A stretch of DNA of 64,000 nucleotides from Candidatus Latescibacterota bacterium (GTDB lineage: Bacteria; Latescibacterota; UBA2968), in the NCBI GenBank assembly GCA_965207885.1, contig OZ242311.1:2848001-2912000 (forward strand). The letters are read 5' to 3'. A program made the position numbers and the translations under genes. The notes under the pieces are model-generated. The model searched no databases, was not told where the DNA came from, and saw only the letters and a list, made by a program, of their open reading frames with translations. Below, piece by piece: positions 42,591-52,508 of the stretch. How positions within the stretch are numbered: the stretch's first letter is position 1; each line of letters starts with the position of its first letter.

Positions 42591-43670
42591 TCACCCTCTT
42601 TGTCCGCGCTGGCGCAAATAGTGGTCCGCCAGTACGAGTGCCATCATCGCTTCGACAATGGGAACTGCGCGAGGTAAGACGCAGGGGTCGTGCCTACCGC
42701 GCCCTTTGAGAGTGGTGGGACTGCCGTGGATATCGACGGTTTCTTGCTCGGCCAAAATTGTGGCAGTGGGCTTGAAAGCTGCGCGAATGACGATGGGTTC
42801 GCCGTTGGAGATACCGCCCTGAATACCGCCGGAATGATTTGTGCGCGTGTGAATGCCGCTGCCATCGTTGTAAAAGGGATCGTTGTGTGCAGAACCAGTC
42901 ATCGCAATACCGCCAAAACCAGAGCCGGATTCGAAACCCTTGCAGGCAGGCAATGAAAGCATGGACTTGGCGAAGTCTGCTTCGAGTTTGTCAAAGACGG
43001 GTTCGCCCCAGCCGGGAGGAACGCGATGGGCAACGGCCTCGACCACGCCACCGAGAGAATCGCCATCTTTGCGGGCGGCATCGATGCGCTGAATGATTTG
43101 CTCGGCAATCTCGGAATCGGGCACGCGGGCGATATTCGACTCGACCTGCTCGCGGGTCACCGCGACGGGATCGACATTGGCAACAAGGGTGTGAACCTGG
43201 CGCACATAAGCGATAATATCGATATTGCAATCGCGTTTTAGCAATTTGCGCGCAATCGCACCTGCGGCAACGCGGCCGATTGTCTCGCGCGCACTGGCTC
43301 TCCCCCCCCCTTTCCAGTTGCGAATGCCGTATTTTTGCTGATATGTGTAATCGGCGTGCGAAGGTCGGTATTTGGTGCGTATTTCTTCGTAATCTTTGGA
43401 ACGCGCATCCTGATTCCACACCATCATCGATATCGGCGTGCCAAGGGTTTTGCCCTCAAAAAGCCCCGAGTGGATTTCTATCTGGTCTTCTTCTTTGCGC
43501 TGTGTGGTAATTTTGCTCTGGCCAGGTTTGCGACGGTCGAGTTCAATCTGTATATCTTCTTCGCTGATCTCCAGGCCGGGCGGGCATCCATCCAGAACAA
43601 CACCAACGCCACCACCGTGTGACTCCCCCCATGTGGTGATGCGAAATGCGCGACCAAATGTGCTGCTCAT
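42591..43670 (-). CDS. aroC: Chorismate synthase
   Basis: [28 protein letters not shown]. Confidence 0.98.
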   Translation of the reverse strand: MSSTFGRAFRITTWGESHGGGVGVVLDGCPPGLEISEEDIQIELDRRKPGQSKITTQRKEEDQIEIHSGLFEGKTLGTPISMMVWNQDARSKDYEEIRTKYRPSHADYTYQQKYGIRNWKGGGRASARETIGRVAAGAIARKLLKRDCNIDIIAYVRQVHTLVANVDPVAVTREQVESNIARVPDSEIAEQIIQRIDAARKDGDSLGGVVEAVAHRVPPGWGEPVFDKLEADFAKSMLSLPACKGFESGSGFGGIAMTGSAHNDPFYNDGSGIHTRTNHSGGIQGGISNGEPIVIRAAFKPTATILAEQETVDIHGSPTTLKGRGRHDPCVLPRAVPIVEAMMALVLADHYLRQRGQRG

Positions 43671-43763
43671 AACAAGCTCCTCTATATCATGACGTGAGTG
43701 GTATGCAAATGTACCCAATGGATAGTGGGGAGTCAAGCAACGCGCAATACTCAGCAGTGTTGC

Positions 43764-44717
43764 TCAGGCAAACACAACCGCCGCGAGTTGTTGCGCAATG
43801 GATTTTACAGGGGCGGGATTCACGTTGCTCAATACAATAATACAGACCTCGTCATCTAAAAACCGCAACAAAACCGTGTTGAATCCCGATACGCTACCGC
43901 CGTGCATAACAGATCCATTGTCCTCCACGCGCCAGCCGCAGGCGTAATTGTTCAACACCGGCGTAAACATCTGCTCATAAGATGCCTGTGAAATCAGTTT
44001 GCCATCGCCGAGCGCGGCATCCCACTTCGCCAGATCTTCTGCTGTGGAATACAAATTTCCCCCACCGGTCAGAATCGGCATATAGATCATCGGCGAATTG
44101 ATCACGCCATTCTCTGCAGGTGCATATCCGCGTGCGCGATGTGGCAAAATTGGATCGGGATGATCGCATCCCGTATCGGTCATCTCTATAGGGTCAAATA
44201 TGTGCGCTTTCAAAAAAGTCTGATATGATTGACCCGACACTTTTTCGATCACTCGCGACAAGACAAAAAATCCCGTTCCGCTATAGTGGTATTTTGTACC
44301 CGGCGGCGCCACGAGAGGCCGGTCCACAACTTTTTGAATTGTCTCGGCAGAGGTTGCTTTCAGCGACATGGTATCGGAAAAACCAGGCAGTTCCCACACA
44401 TGCCTGATCCCCGCCGTATTGCTCAGCAGATGGTGTAATGTGATCCCGGTCCAGTGATCGGGAATGTCCGGTAAATACTCAGAGAGCAAATTGTCTATTT
44501 GGAGTTTGCCCTGCTCCGCCAATATCATCACCGCCATTGCGGTAAATGTCTTGGTTATGGAGCCAATGCGAAATTTGGTATGCAGGGCATGTGGCACGTT
44601 GTTTTCCAGGTCAGCCATCCCATATCCCTGTGCCAATAATCGCTCTCTCGACCGCACGACGAGAACCACACCCGAAAAATTGTGCGCTTGAACAACCGCA
44701 TTTAGTTTGTCTTTCAT
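43764..44717 (-). CDS. Serine hydrolase, beta-lactamase class C-like
   Basis: GSITK (SxxK), YS, HGG. Confidence 0.9.
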   Translation of the reverse strand: MKDKLNAVVQAHNFSGVVLVVRSRERLLAQGYGMADLENNVPHALHTKFRIGSITKTFTAMAVMILAEQGKLQIDNLLSEYLPDIPDHWTGITLHHLLSNTAGIRHVWELPGFSDTMSLKATSAETIQKVVDRPLVAPPGTKYHYSGTGFFVLSRVIEKVSGQSYQTFLKAHIFDPIEMTDTGCDHPDPILPHRARGYAPAENGVINSPMIYMPILTGGGNLYSTAEDLAKWDAALGDGKLISQASYEQMFTPVLNNYACGWRVEDNGSVMHGGSVSGFNTVLLRFLDDEVCIIVLSNVNPAPVKSIAQQLAAVVFA

Positions 44718-44797
44718 GGATCACCTCATAAACTAAACCTGTTTTCAATGGGGTAAATGATAGCCCGACTTGACGAAAAAGCCTTATATTTGACATC

Positions 44798-45325
44798 ATG
44801 AAAATCGCAAAATACAAAAAATATCAGACGATCCCCCTCATCCTGTTTTTGTTTTTTATCGCCTGTATGCCCGAACTCGAGTTACCCGAAGCGCCTGGCC
44901 CCGTGACTGAAATGCCCGAATTTGAACAGTTTGCGATTCCCGAATACCAAATTTACAAAGACAAACCGCGTCCTGTCAATCTCGTGAGCCATCCGCGCGC
45001 GCTTCGATTCAAAGACCGCTTGATTCACGGTGCCAAAATCGGTCCCAATTTTGCGGGCGATCAAACCATTGTGCGATGGTTTTGCGGCGAAGAATGCCAG
45101 CAATTCGCCGTTATCGACGTGCGAACAGGCAGTGTAATCTTCGCGCCCTTCGTCACACATCTGGGCTTTCGTTTTCGCCTCGACAGCAAACTCCTGATCG
45201 TCAACCCTCCCGAAGCCGTCGAACGCGCCACCCGAACAATAGGCAGATCCAAATCGCACTATCGCACGGCGTATTACGTCTGGCACTACGGCGAATTTGT
45301 CGAGATCTATGCGATCAGATATTAA
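44798..45325 (+). CDS. Hypothetical lipoprotein
   Basis: Basic N-terminus, hydrophobic stretch, FIAC lipobox; GPNFAG..W.CG..C motif. Confidence 0.7.
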   Translation: MKIAKYKKYQTIPLILFLFFIACMPELELPEAPGPVTEMPEFEQFAIPEYQIYKDKPRPVNLVSHPRALRFKDRLIHGAKIGPNFAGDQTIVRWFCGEECQQFAVIDVRTGSVIFAPFVTHLGFRFRLDSKLLIVNPPEAVERATRTIGRSKSHYRTAYYVWHYGEFVEIYAIRY

Positions 45326-45358
45326 AGGGAGCCGAGGAACTCCTCAGACTCAAAAACC

Positions 45359-45390
45359 AAAAGGCCACCTCGCAATGGAGATGGCCTCTT
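45359..45390. terminator. Bidirectional terminator between the convergent lipoprotein gene and frr
   Basis: aaaaggccacctc-gcaatg-gagatggcctctt. Confidence 0.65.
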
Positions 45391-45414
45391 CAATTCAGCA
45401 GATCTCGTTCCGCA

Positions 45415-45972
45415 TCAAACTTCCATAATTTCTTCTTCTTTTTCTTTTAACACCTCATCGATTTTCGCGACAAATTCGTCGGTCAAATCCTGCACGCGAT
45501 CTGTTGTGCGCCTGGCATCGTCTTCGGGAATCTCGCCTTCTTTTTGCGCATCGCGGATGAGTTCATTGGCATCGCGACGGGTATTGCGAACTGAAATGCG
45601 GCTTTCTTCGGCATATTGCCTCACCACCCGCACGAGTTCTCGTCTGCGGTCTTCTGTCAACTGCGGAATGGGCAACCGAATAATCGTACCGTCATTGGTC
45701 GGTGTCAATCCCAAATTCGATTCCAGAATTGCCTTTTCAATCAGTGGAATCGCCGACTTATCCCAGGGCTGAAGCGCGATCAAACGCGGTTCTGGCACGC
45801 CCACTGTAGCGACCTGATTAATCGGCATCTGTGTACCGTAATACTCGACCCGAATTTGATCCAGCAAATGCGCATTGGCACGCCCCGTTCGCACTGTACC
45901 CATCTCATTTTGCAGGGCTATCACAGACTTTTGCATGGCCGTTCGAGCTTCAGCCATAATCTCATCAATCAC
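45415..45972 (-). CDS. frr: Ribosome recycling factor
   Basis: VRTGRAN, YYG, NDG..IR..P.LTEDRR; GTG start with RBS ggaggt. Confidence 0.97.
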   Translation of the reverse strand: MIDEIMAEARTAMQKSVIALQNEMGTVRTGRANAHLLDQIRVEYYGTQMPINQVATVGVPEPRLIALQPWDKSAIPLIEKAILESNLGLTPTNDGTIIRLPIPQLTEDRRRELVRVVRQYAEESRISVRNTRRDANELIRDAQKEGEIPEDDARRTTDRVQDLTDEFVAKIDEVLKEKEEEIMEV

Positions 45973-46001
45973 GGCGTACCTCCTCTGGGCATTATAAACG
46001 C

Positions 46002-46601
46002 TTAACTCTCTTCCCCCAGGACAAAACGGGCGAATCGGCGAATGGTGATATTTTCGCCGCACTTGGCCACCAGGTCTGAGTGCAGGTCCTGAATGGTTTT
46101 GTCCGGATCCTTGACAAAAGCCTGCTCCATTAAGACCACTTCTTGATAGTATTTTTCCATGCGGCCTTCCACAATTCGATCCACGATGTGCTCGGGTTTG
46201 CCTTCGCTGAGTGCCTGGTCGCGATAAATATTCTTTTCTCTTTTCAGCATTCCGGCATCTACGTCCTCGCGATTCACAACAAGAGGTGCGGCAGCGGCGA
46301 TGTGCATAGCCACGTCTTTTGAAAACGTCTGGAACTCATCGGTACGCGCTACAAAGTCGGTCTCGCTATTGATCTCGAGCAAAACCCCCAATTGGCTTCC
46401 CGCATGGATATAAGACGCAATCGCTCCCTCTTTGGCCTGACGTCCCGCCCTGCTCTCGGCTTTGGCAATGCCCCGTTTACGCAACAACTCAACAGCCTTA
46501 TCCATGACGCCATCGGCCTCTTCAAGCGCTCGTTTACAATCCATCATGCCCACATTGGTTCTGGCACGCAACTCCTGAACCATTTTTGCAGAAATAGCCA
46601 T
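46002..46601 (-). CDS. tsf: Elongation factor Ts (short form)
   Basis: GMMDCKRAL, ETDFVAR, IRRFARF. Confidence 0.97.
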   Translation of the reverse strand: MAISAKMVQELRARTNVGMMDCKRALEEADGVMDKAVELLRKRGIAKAESRAGRQAKEGAIASYIHAGSQLGVLLEINSETDFVARTDEFQTFSKDVAMHIAAAAPLVVNREDVDAGMLKREKNIYRDQALSEGKPEHIVDRIVEGRMEKYYQEVVLMEQAFVKDPDKTIQDLHSDLVAKCGENITIRRFARFVLGEES

Positions 46602-46624
46602 TTCAATCTCCGTCCTCTTTTGAT

Positions 46625-47383
46625 TTAATTATTGCTGGGATCAATTTCTGTAATCTCAGGGCCTGCATCAGGCACAGGGGCATCTTCTTCTTCATCCTGT
46701 CGAACAGTTGTCCCCTCAATTACAGCCTCGGCCATCAAATTTGTAACCAGCGCAATGGACCGCATTGCATCATCATTACCCGGAATGGGATGGTCAACCT
46801 CATCCGGATCGCAATTGGTATCGACAATCGCTACAAGCGGAATTTCCAGGCGGCGCGCTTCGGCGACTGCGATTTTTTCCTTTTTGGTATCCACTACAAA
46901 TACGAGTGCTGGCAAACGCCCCATGCTGCGGATCCCACCCAGGGATTTTTGCAACTTATCGCGCTCGCGTTCCAAACGCAACACTTCCTTTTTGGTCAAC
47001 TGCTGATATGTGCCATCGCTGGCCATTTTATCCAGCGTGTCCAGGCGGCGAATGCTCTGCCGAATAGTTTGAAAATTCGTCAGCATGCCCCCCAACCAGC
47101 GGTTGTTGACAAAAAACATGTCGCAGCGTTCAGCGGCATCTGAAATGATGTCTTTGGCCTGTTTCTTCGTACCGACAAAAAGAATCGGCTGGCCTGTTTC
47201 GGCAGCCTTGCGCACAGCCTGATATGCCGTTTCGATTTGCATCTGCGTCTTTTGCAAATCGACAATGTAAATACCATTGCGTTCTGTAAAAATGTATTTC
47301 TGCATCTTTGGATTCCACCGCCGGGTTTGATGCCCGAAGTGAACGCCAGATTCGAGCAGTTGCCTCATTGAAACAACAGCCAT
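46625..47383 (-). CDS. rpsB: 30S ribosomal protein S2
   Basis: [30 protein letters not shown]. Confidence 0.98.
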   Translation of the reverse strand: MAVVSMRQLLESGVHFGHQTRRWNPKMQKYIFTERNGIYIVDLQKTQMQIETAYQAVRKAAETGQPILFVGTKKQAKDIISDAAERCDMFFVNNRWLGGMLTNFQTIRQSIRRLDTLDKMASDGTYQQLTKKEVLRLERERDKLQKSLGGIRSMGRLPALVFVVDTKKEKIAVAEARRLEIPLVAIVDTNCDPDEVDHPIPGNDDAMRSIALVTNLMAEAVIEGTTVRQDEEEDAPVPDAGPEITEIDPSNN

Positions 47384-47397
47384 GTCACCTCCTGCAC

Positions 47398-47476
47398 TTT
47401 GGGTTTGTCCTCTGCATCCCTCATATTGCCGCATTGCCATCTGGCACCCGTGAAGCAATCAGGATACATGTGATAT
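47398..47476 (-). ncRNA. rpsB leader RNA (t44-like S2 autoregulatory element)
   Basis: Minus strand cacatgtatcc..gggtgcc..ggcaatatg..ggatgcagaggacaaacc follows the t44 layout, directly 5' of rpsB. Confidence 0.7.
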
Positions 47477-47495
47477 CCAGATAAAATACTCTGGT

Positions 47496-47891
47496 TTAAC
47501 GCTTGGAGAATTGGAATTTTTTGCGCGCTCCGGGTTGCCCGGGTTTTTTTCGTTCCACTTTGCGCGGATCGCGCGTGAGCAAGCCCGCCTGGCGCAGGGG
47601 TTTGTGATTGCCCGTATTCACGCCTTGCAAACTGCGCGCAATACCCAATCGCACGGCGCCGGCCTGACCGGTCAAACCGCCCCCCTTTGCTTTGGCAACA
47701 ATATCATAAGTCCCCCGGGTCTCGGTCACATCTAAGGGCTGTTCGATAATCATCACCAATGTCTCCCGTTTGAGATAATCGAGCGCGGAAAGCCCATTGA
47801 TAACGATCGATCCCGTTCCAGGGAAAAGTTTTACATGCGCCGTTGATGTTTTTCGACGCCCCGTAGCAGAACTCAGTGGTTCAACTGCCAA
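47496..47891 (-). CDS. rpsI: 30S ribosomal protein S9
   Basis: TGRRK, GGGLTGQAGA, ARKKFQFSKR; TTG start with RBS ggaggt. Confidence 0.97.
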   Translation of the reverse strand: MAVEPLSSATGRRKTSTAHVKLFPGTGSIVINGLSALDYLKRETLVMIIEQPLDVTETRGTYDIVAKAKGGGLTGQAGAVRLGIARSLQGVNTGNHKPLRQAGLLTRDPRKVERKKPGQPGARKKFQFSKR

Positions 47892-47904
47892 ATAATCACC
47901 TCCT

Positions 47905-48336
47905 CTATAAATCAATAGGCTCAGGAGACTGAGCCTGGTGTGGGTGCTCTGACCCGGCGTAAATACGGACCTTTTTGATCATCTGTCGCCCCAATTTGTT
48001 GTGGGGCAACATACCCCGAATCGCGTGCTCAAGTACAAATGTGGGGCGCTTTTCCAGCGCGTCTTCCAGCGTTTGCTTCTTAAGCCCACTGGGATACCCA
48101 CTATAGCTCGTATAAACCTTCTGCTGGGCTTTGTTATTGCCCTTCACCTGTATTTTTTCGGCATTTATAATAACTACGTGATCCCCCGTATCAACATGGG
48201 GGGTATAAAAAGGCTTGTGTTTGCCGCGCAAAATTCGGGCAACGCCACTGGCAAATCGCCCCAGTATCTTGCCTTCTGCATCGGCGACATACCAGGTGTG
48301 TTCAACATCACCTTTTTTGGCACTCGGTGTCATCAT
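47905..48336 (-). CDS. rplM: 50S ribosomal protein L13
   Basis: [33 protein letters not shown]. Confidence 0.98.
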   Translation of the reverse strand: MMTPSAKKGDVEHTWYVADAEGKILGRFASGVARILRGKHKPFYTPHVDTGDHVVIINAEKIQVKGNNKAQQKVYTSYSGYPSGLKKQTLEDALEKRPTFVLEHAIRGMLPHNKLGRQMIKKVRIYAGSEHPHQAQSPEPIDL

Positions 48337-48411
48337 CGTCTCAATCGCGCCGCATGGTTACGGCGCAACTCTCTCACCTCCTCTCCTAATTTTGGAATCT
48401 TTGAGCCTCTG

Positions 48412-48439
48412 AAGGTACAGTATAATCCAATTTTGTCAA
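48412..48439 (-). promoter_or_regulatory. Putative sigma70 promoter of rplM-rpsI
   Basis: TTGACA-16-TACCTT on the minus strand. Confidence 0.45.
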
Positions 48440-48452
48440 GTTAGAAACCCAC

Positions 48453-48505
48453 AAAAAAGCGCCACACGTCGGGTGTCGGAAAACCGACCCATCTCCGTGC
48501 GGCGC
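48453..48505 (-). terminator. Long hairpin plus U6 (terminator-like)
   Basis: gcgccgcacg..gggtcgg-tttt-ccgacaccc..cgtgtggcgc-tttttt. Confidence 0.55.
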
Positions 48506-48707
48506 GTCGTCTGACGGAAGTTTCTGCCTCGCGATTGTCAAAAAATCGCCAATGTGGCAGATAACAAACCGCTCGATGGCTGTCTTGGATTACCAGGTGC
48601 GCTACCATTCGAGATGCTATTCCCGCTCCTGGCAGAGGCGCACCTAACGACAGCCACCTCCACTGGTCATTTCACTCATTCGACCACCTCCTTTCTTGTG
48701 TGGTTCC

Positions 48708-48736
48708 AATATAGCCCATGCAAAAGCGAAAGTCAA
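48708..48736 (-). promoter_or_regulatory. Sigma70-like promoter ahead of an unannotated structured RNA/sORF
   Basis: TTGACT-17-TATATT. Confidence 0.6.
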
Positions 48737-48755
48737 CCCTTGAAAGATGGAGGTA

Positions 48756-49556
48756 TTAGAAGCAGCACAGTGCAATCCCCGATGGGCGATCCAATCCCGC
48801 GGTAACGAGATCTTCAACATCTGAACCATCCAGGTTCGCACATTGAATTTTAGCCGTGCCATAGTTGTCATAGTCCCCCCAGTACATCTTCCCTTTGACG
48901 ACATCCAGAGCAATTCCCGACGGGCGATCCAATCCCGCGGTAACGAGATCTTCAACATCTGAACCATCCACGTCCGCACGTTGAATTTTAGACACGCCAG
49001 CACCCTTATAGTTCGTCCAGTACATCTTCCCTTCACCCACGTCTAAGGCAATCCCCAATGGCAGTAATTCGGTGAAAACGAGCGTTTCAACATAAGAGCC
49101 ATCCAGATTCGCACGTTGAATTTTGGTTAAGTCCGTCCAGTATATCTTACCCATGTCCAGATCCAGAACGATACCGTTGGGAATACTCATTTCGGTGAAA
49201 ACGAGCGTTTCGACATGAGAGCCATCCAGGTCCGCTCGTTGTACTTTGCACTCCACGGTCTCTCCCCAGGCCGCATCTGTCCAATATATTTTTCTTTTTT
49301 TTCCATGCACCGTCATTCCACCTGGAAGATATACATCGGTAACAACGAGATCTTCGACATCTGAACCATCCAGGTTTGCGCGCTGAATTTTGGACGTTCC
49401 AGCGTCCGTCCAGTACATCTTACCCTCGTCTCCATCCAGGGCGATGCTATTTGGAATACGCAATCCAGTAGTAACGAGATCTTTGACATCTGAACCGTCT
49501 GCGTTTGCACACTGAATTTTAGAAGTCCTCAAGTCTGTCCAATACATTTTTCTCAT
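48756..49556 (-). CDS. YWTD (LDL-receptor class B) six-repeat beta-propeller protein
   Basis: Six repeats K(M/I)YW(T/G)(D/N)..KIQRANLDGS.VE.LV..P.GIALD. Confidence 0.9.
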   Translation of the reverse strand: MRKMYWTDLRTSKIQCANADGSDVKDLVTTGLRIPNSIALDGDEGKMYWTDAGTSKIQRANLDGSDVEDLVVTDVYLPGGMTVHGKKRKIYWTDAAWGETVECKVQRADLDGSHVETLVFTEMSIPNGIVLDLDMGKIYWTDLTKIQRANLDGSYVETLVFTELLPLGIALDVGEGKMYWTNYKGAGVSKIQRADVDGSDVEDLVTAGLDRPSGIALDVVKGKMYWGDYDNYGTAKIQCANLDGSDVEDLVTAGLDRPSGIALCCF

Positions 49557-49586
49557 AGCGGCTCCAATCCAAAAATGCAAACGTGT

Positions 49587-49635
49587 AATATGTATAAATA
49601 CATATTTTTAATCATAATATATGCCTATGAACATA
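49587..49635. promoter_or_regulatory. Two operator-like palindromes (TATG-N8-CATA)
   Basis: Perfect inverted repeat aatatgtat-aa-atacatatt at 49587-49606 and tatg-cctatgaa-cata at 49620-49635. Confidence 0.5.
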
Positions 49636-49668
49636 AATAAACCCATAAAATTACCTTATTTTTCATTT

Positions 49669-50085
49669 ATGATCGTAACCGGACGAAAAATAAGGGAATT
49701 ACGGCACGCAAAAAACTGGTCTCAACTCGACCTCGCCAATGCGGCCAATATTGACCAGGCAACAGTATCTCGCATTGAAGCAGAGACAAAAGTGCCCCGA
49801 ACCGATACTCTGGTCGCTATTGCTACTGCCCTGGGCGTTTCGCCAGAGGTCCTTTTGGGTGCGAATCCCGAAACAACTATCGTTTACCCGCGAGAGCGCG
49901 ATCCCGAGTTGAGCAGTATTGTGAGCGATCGGATTAATACACTCACAACAGAACAACTCAGAGAACTGAACATTTTACTGTCTTCTGAAGACGGAAAAGC
50001 TGTGCTTTCTGCCCTACTGCGCTTGCAGACAAAGGAATCACTGGAAAAAGTTCGCAGGCTTCTCGAAGTCTTAGGAGAGGAGTAA
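49669..50085 (+). CDS. XRE-family HTH transcriptional regulator
   Basis: GRKIRELR..WSQLDLA..TVSRIE..P..TLVAIATALGVS. Confidence 0.9.
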   Translation: MIVTGRKIRELRHAKNWSQLDLANAANIDQATVSRIEAETKVPRTDTLVAIATALGVSPEVLLGANPETTIVYPRERDPELSSIVSDRINTLTTEQLRELNILLSSEDGKAVLSALLRLQTKESLEKVRRLLEVLGEE

Positions 50086-50102
50086 ACGCCTCTCACGCCA
50101 CA

Positions 50103-51341
50103 TTACACAGACTCCATCGCCCTGTACAACGCCAGCGCATCATTTACATCCCGCGCATCGGAAAAAAAAGACAACACGCGCAACAGCACACCATCCACCA
50201 CGGCATCGGGACACGAAGCACCACATGTCAGTGCGACATCCACAGGTCTTTTATCGGGCAACCAATTCTCGGCAATCTCCACCCCATGCGACCTGAGACA
50301 ATAGTGCCGAATTTCGCGTTCTGAAATCAACTCCCCGGCATCCTTCACAAAAAACGTTGGCATGGCTTCCTCGCACAATTCTACAATATGCGATGTATTC
50401 GAAGAATTGTAGCCCCCTACAACCAGAGCGATGTCTGCCCCCTGCTCGATAAGCGTGTATGTCGCATTCTGATTTTCGTTGGTGGCATAACAAAGCGTAT
50501 CTGATGTATCCGCAAAATGATCTTCGATATTCTCCGCTCCATACCGATCTGTGAGTGCCTGCCGAATGATCTCAGCTATTTTATGCGTTTCAGTAGCCAA
50601 CATCGTCGTCTGATTTACCACACCGATACGCGACAAATGGATGCTGGGATCAAATCCCTGTGAGCACTTGTGTCTAAAATACCGTTCAAAAGCACCGAGA
50701 TCGCGTTTGCCCCGAATAATATCTGATAGAATACGCGCTTCTTTCAAATTCAGTACGGCTACGACCTCTGCATTTTGAACCGCGTGAGAAAAAGTCGCCC
50801 GCGTCTCTTCGTGTATGGTCTTTCCGTGAATGATAACAGTATAATCCCCATCGCCCAATTGGGCACTGCGCTTCCACACCCTTTCGACAAATGGACATGT
50901 GGTATTGTACTGATAAGGATCAATCCCTCGCCGGGCCAACTCCTCTTGCGTTCCCACAGTCGTACCAAAAGCAGGCACCACCACGATATCTTCGGGTACG
51001 AGTTCGTCCCACGGAATGAGCTGTTCGCCAGACGGCGTAAACATAAACTGCACGCCGCGATCCTGTAGATCTGCATTCACATTGGGATTGTGAATCATCT
51101 CACTCAGGAAAAACACGCGCCGGTCCGAATGGGCTTCCAGGGTCTTATACGCAATTTCAATGGCATTCTCCACGCCAAAGCAAAACCCAAAATGCCGCGC
51201 CAAAAAAAACCTCACAGGCCCAAAATCCAGCACCGAGGGCTGCAAATCGCGCTTTTTGGGATCCGATAATTGTCGCGCTCTTTTGACCTGCGAAATGATC
51301 GGACTTTTGTAAAATTCTGGAATCTCAAATTTTCGTGCCAT
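50103..51341 (-). CDS. ispH: 4-hydroxy-3-methylbut-2-enyl diphosphate reductase
   Basis: GFCFGVENAI, IHNP, TTCPFV, NQTT, TLCYAT, GGYNSSNT, GASCPD. Confidence 0.95.
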   Translation of the reverse strand: MARKFEIPEFYKSPIISQVKRARQLSDPKKRDLQPSVLDFGPVRFFLARHFGFCFGVENAIEIAYKTLEAHSDRRVFFLSEMIHNPNVNADLQDRGVQFMFTPSGEQLIPWDELVPEDIVVVPAFGTTVGTQEELARRGIDPYQYNTTCPFVERVWKRSAQLGDGDYTVIIHGKTIHEETRATFSHAVQNAEVVAVLNLKEARILSDIIRGKRDLGAFERYFRHKCSQGFDPSIHLSRIGVVNQTTMLATETHKIAEIIRQALTDRYGAENIEDHFADTSDTLCYATNENQNATYTLIEQGADIALVVGGYNSSNTSHIVELCEEAMPTFFVKDAGELISEREIRHYCLRSHGVEIAENWLPDKRPVDVALTCGASCPDAVVDGVLLRVLSFFSDARDVNDALALYRAMESV

Positions 51342-51347
51342 GATGTC

Positions 51348-52361
51348 TCATTCCTCAAATGGGAGCGCAATTGCTTCGCCCGTTTCAATGGACTGATAAG
51401 CAGCCAACGCAATCTCCACGGCGGCCCGACCATCTGCACCAGACACCGGTGGATCCTCCCCATTGAGCACCGCCTCGCAAAATGCGCGAATCTCCTGGCT
51501 CACCGGGCTTTCATCTTGCGATAACTCCGATGCAGCAACCGCCGTTTCACCACCGTCGTATCGCTTGTAGCGCAAACCACCTTCACCACCCCAAAACGTA
51601 GGAAAGACCACCGAGCCTTCGGCGCAATCCAACCGCCCGCCATAACCGCCAATAGCACTTGCCTGACTCGAATGCAATACCCCTACCCCACCGTTTTTGA
51701 ATCGGATCGATACGAGTGCCACATCTGGAAAATCCGTCTCCATCTGTACGAACTGTCCACCCGCCGCAGAAACCGATTCCGCATCGCCCATCACAAAACG
51801 CATAAAATCGATTTCATGCGCATTCACTTCCATCAGCGTACCGCCACTTTTATCCCTTGACTTTCGCCACGATGCAGACCACACACCGCCCCAGCCACCG
51901 CCCAGGCGATGTACCATCAAACACAAGGGCGTTCCCAAATCGCCCCCACGAGCCAAATCGCGCACCTTGCGATGCACAGGGTGAAAGCGACACACCAGCC
52001 CAATACCCAACTTAACCCCACCCTGCTCACACGCGGCGATCATCGCATCACACCCCGCCAGTGTCGGCGACATGGGCTTTTCGCAAAACACATGCACGCC
52101 CGCCTGGGCTGCTGCAATCGTGGGATCAATGTGCAAAAACGGCGGCGTGGCAATCATGACCGCCTGCACATCCTCCCGCGCCAGCATATTGTGATAATCC
52201 ACCTCGTAATCGCAGTCTATTTTCTCAGATAGTGCCTGGCCTTTTTCACTATCCACATCGCTGACACAAACCACTTCAGCGCAGTTCAGGTCCCGCGCAC
52301 CATTGGCCAGACTCGCGCCCATATTGCCGCATCCAATCACACCCAATCCGAGTTTTGTCAT
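51348..52361 (-). CDS. Gfo/Idh/MocA-family oxidoreductase
   Basis: GCGNMG, CEKPM, HEID. Confidence 0.92.
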   Translation of the reverse strand: MTKLGLGVIGCGNMGASLANGARDLNCAEVVCVSDVDSEKGQALSEKIDCDYEVDYHNMLAREDVQAVMIATPPFLHIDPTIAAAQAGVHVFCEKPMSPTLAGCDAMIAACEQGGVKLGIGLVCRFHPVHRKVRDLARGGDLGTPLCLMVHRLGGGWGGVWSASWRKSRDKSGGTLMEVNAHEIDFMRFVMGDAESVSAAGGQFVQMETDFPDVALVSIRFKNGGVGVLHSSQASAIGGYGGRLDCAEGSVVFPTFWGGEGGLRYKRYDGGETAVAASELSQDESPVSQEIRAFCEAVLNGEDPPVSGADGRAAVEIALAAYQSIETGEAIALPFEE

Positions 52362-52508
52362 CCATTCCTCCAAACAGTGTTGAATACAAAAACAGGTTAT
52401 ACCATATTTTAGGAAAAAAGTCAATCCCCTTTCAACCCGTTTCAAAAATCACTTTGAAATTATCTAAAATGAAAATACCATGTCTCAAACAGAGAAAGGA
52501 GCATCCCA

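Noticed and set aside
43764-44717. Calling the serine hydrolase a beta-lactamase resistance gene
   Set aside because: The SxxK fold is shared by esterases and peptidases; nothing specific supports beta-lactamase activity.
48640-48650. ACCTAAC/GTTAGGT as an attC core
   Set aside because: No complementary core at attC distance; the motif lies within the sORF stop and stem.
48682-48696. Plus-strand gaccacctcctttct as a 16S rRNA gene fragment
   Set aside because: The flanking sequence shows no rRNA similarity; treated as an extended SD on the minus strand.
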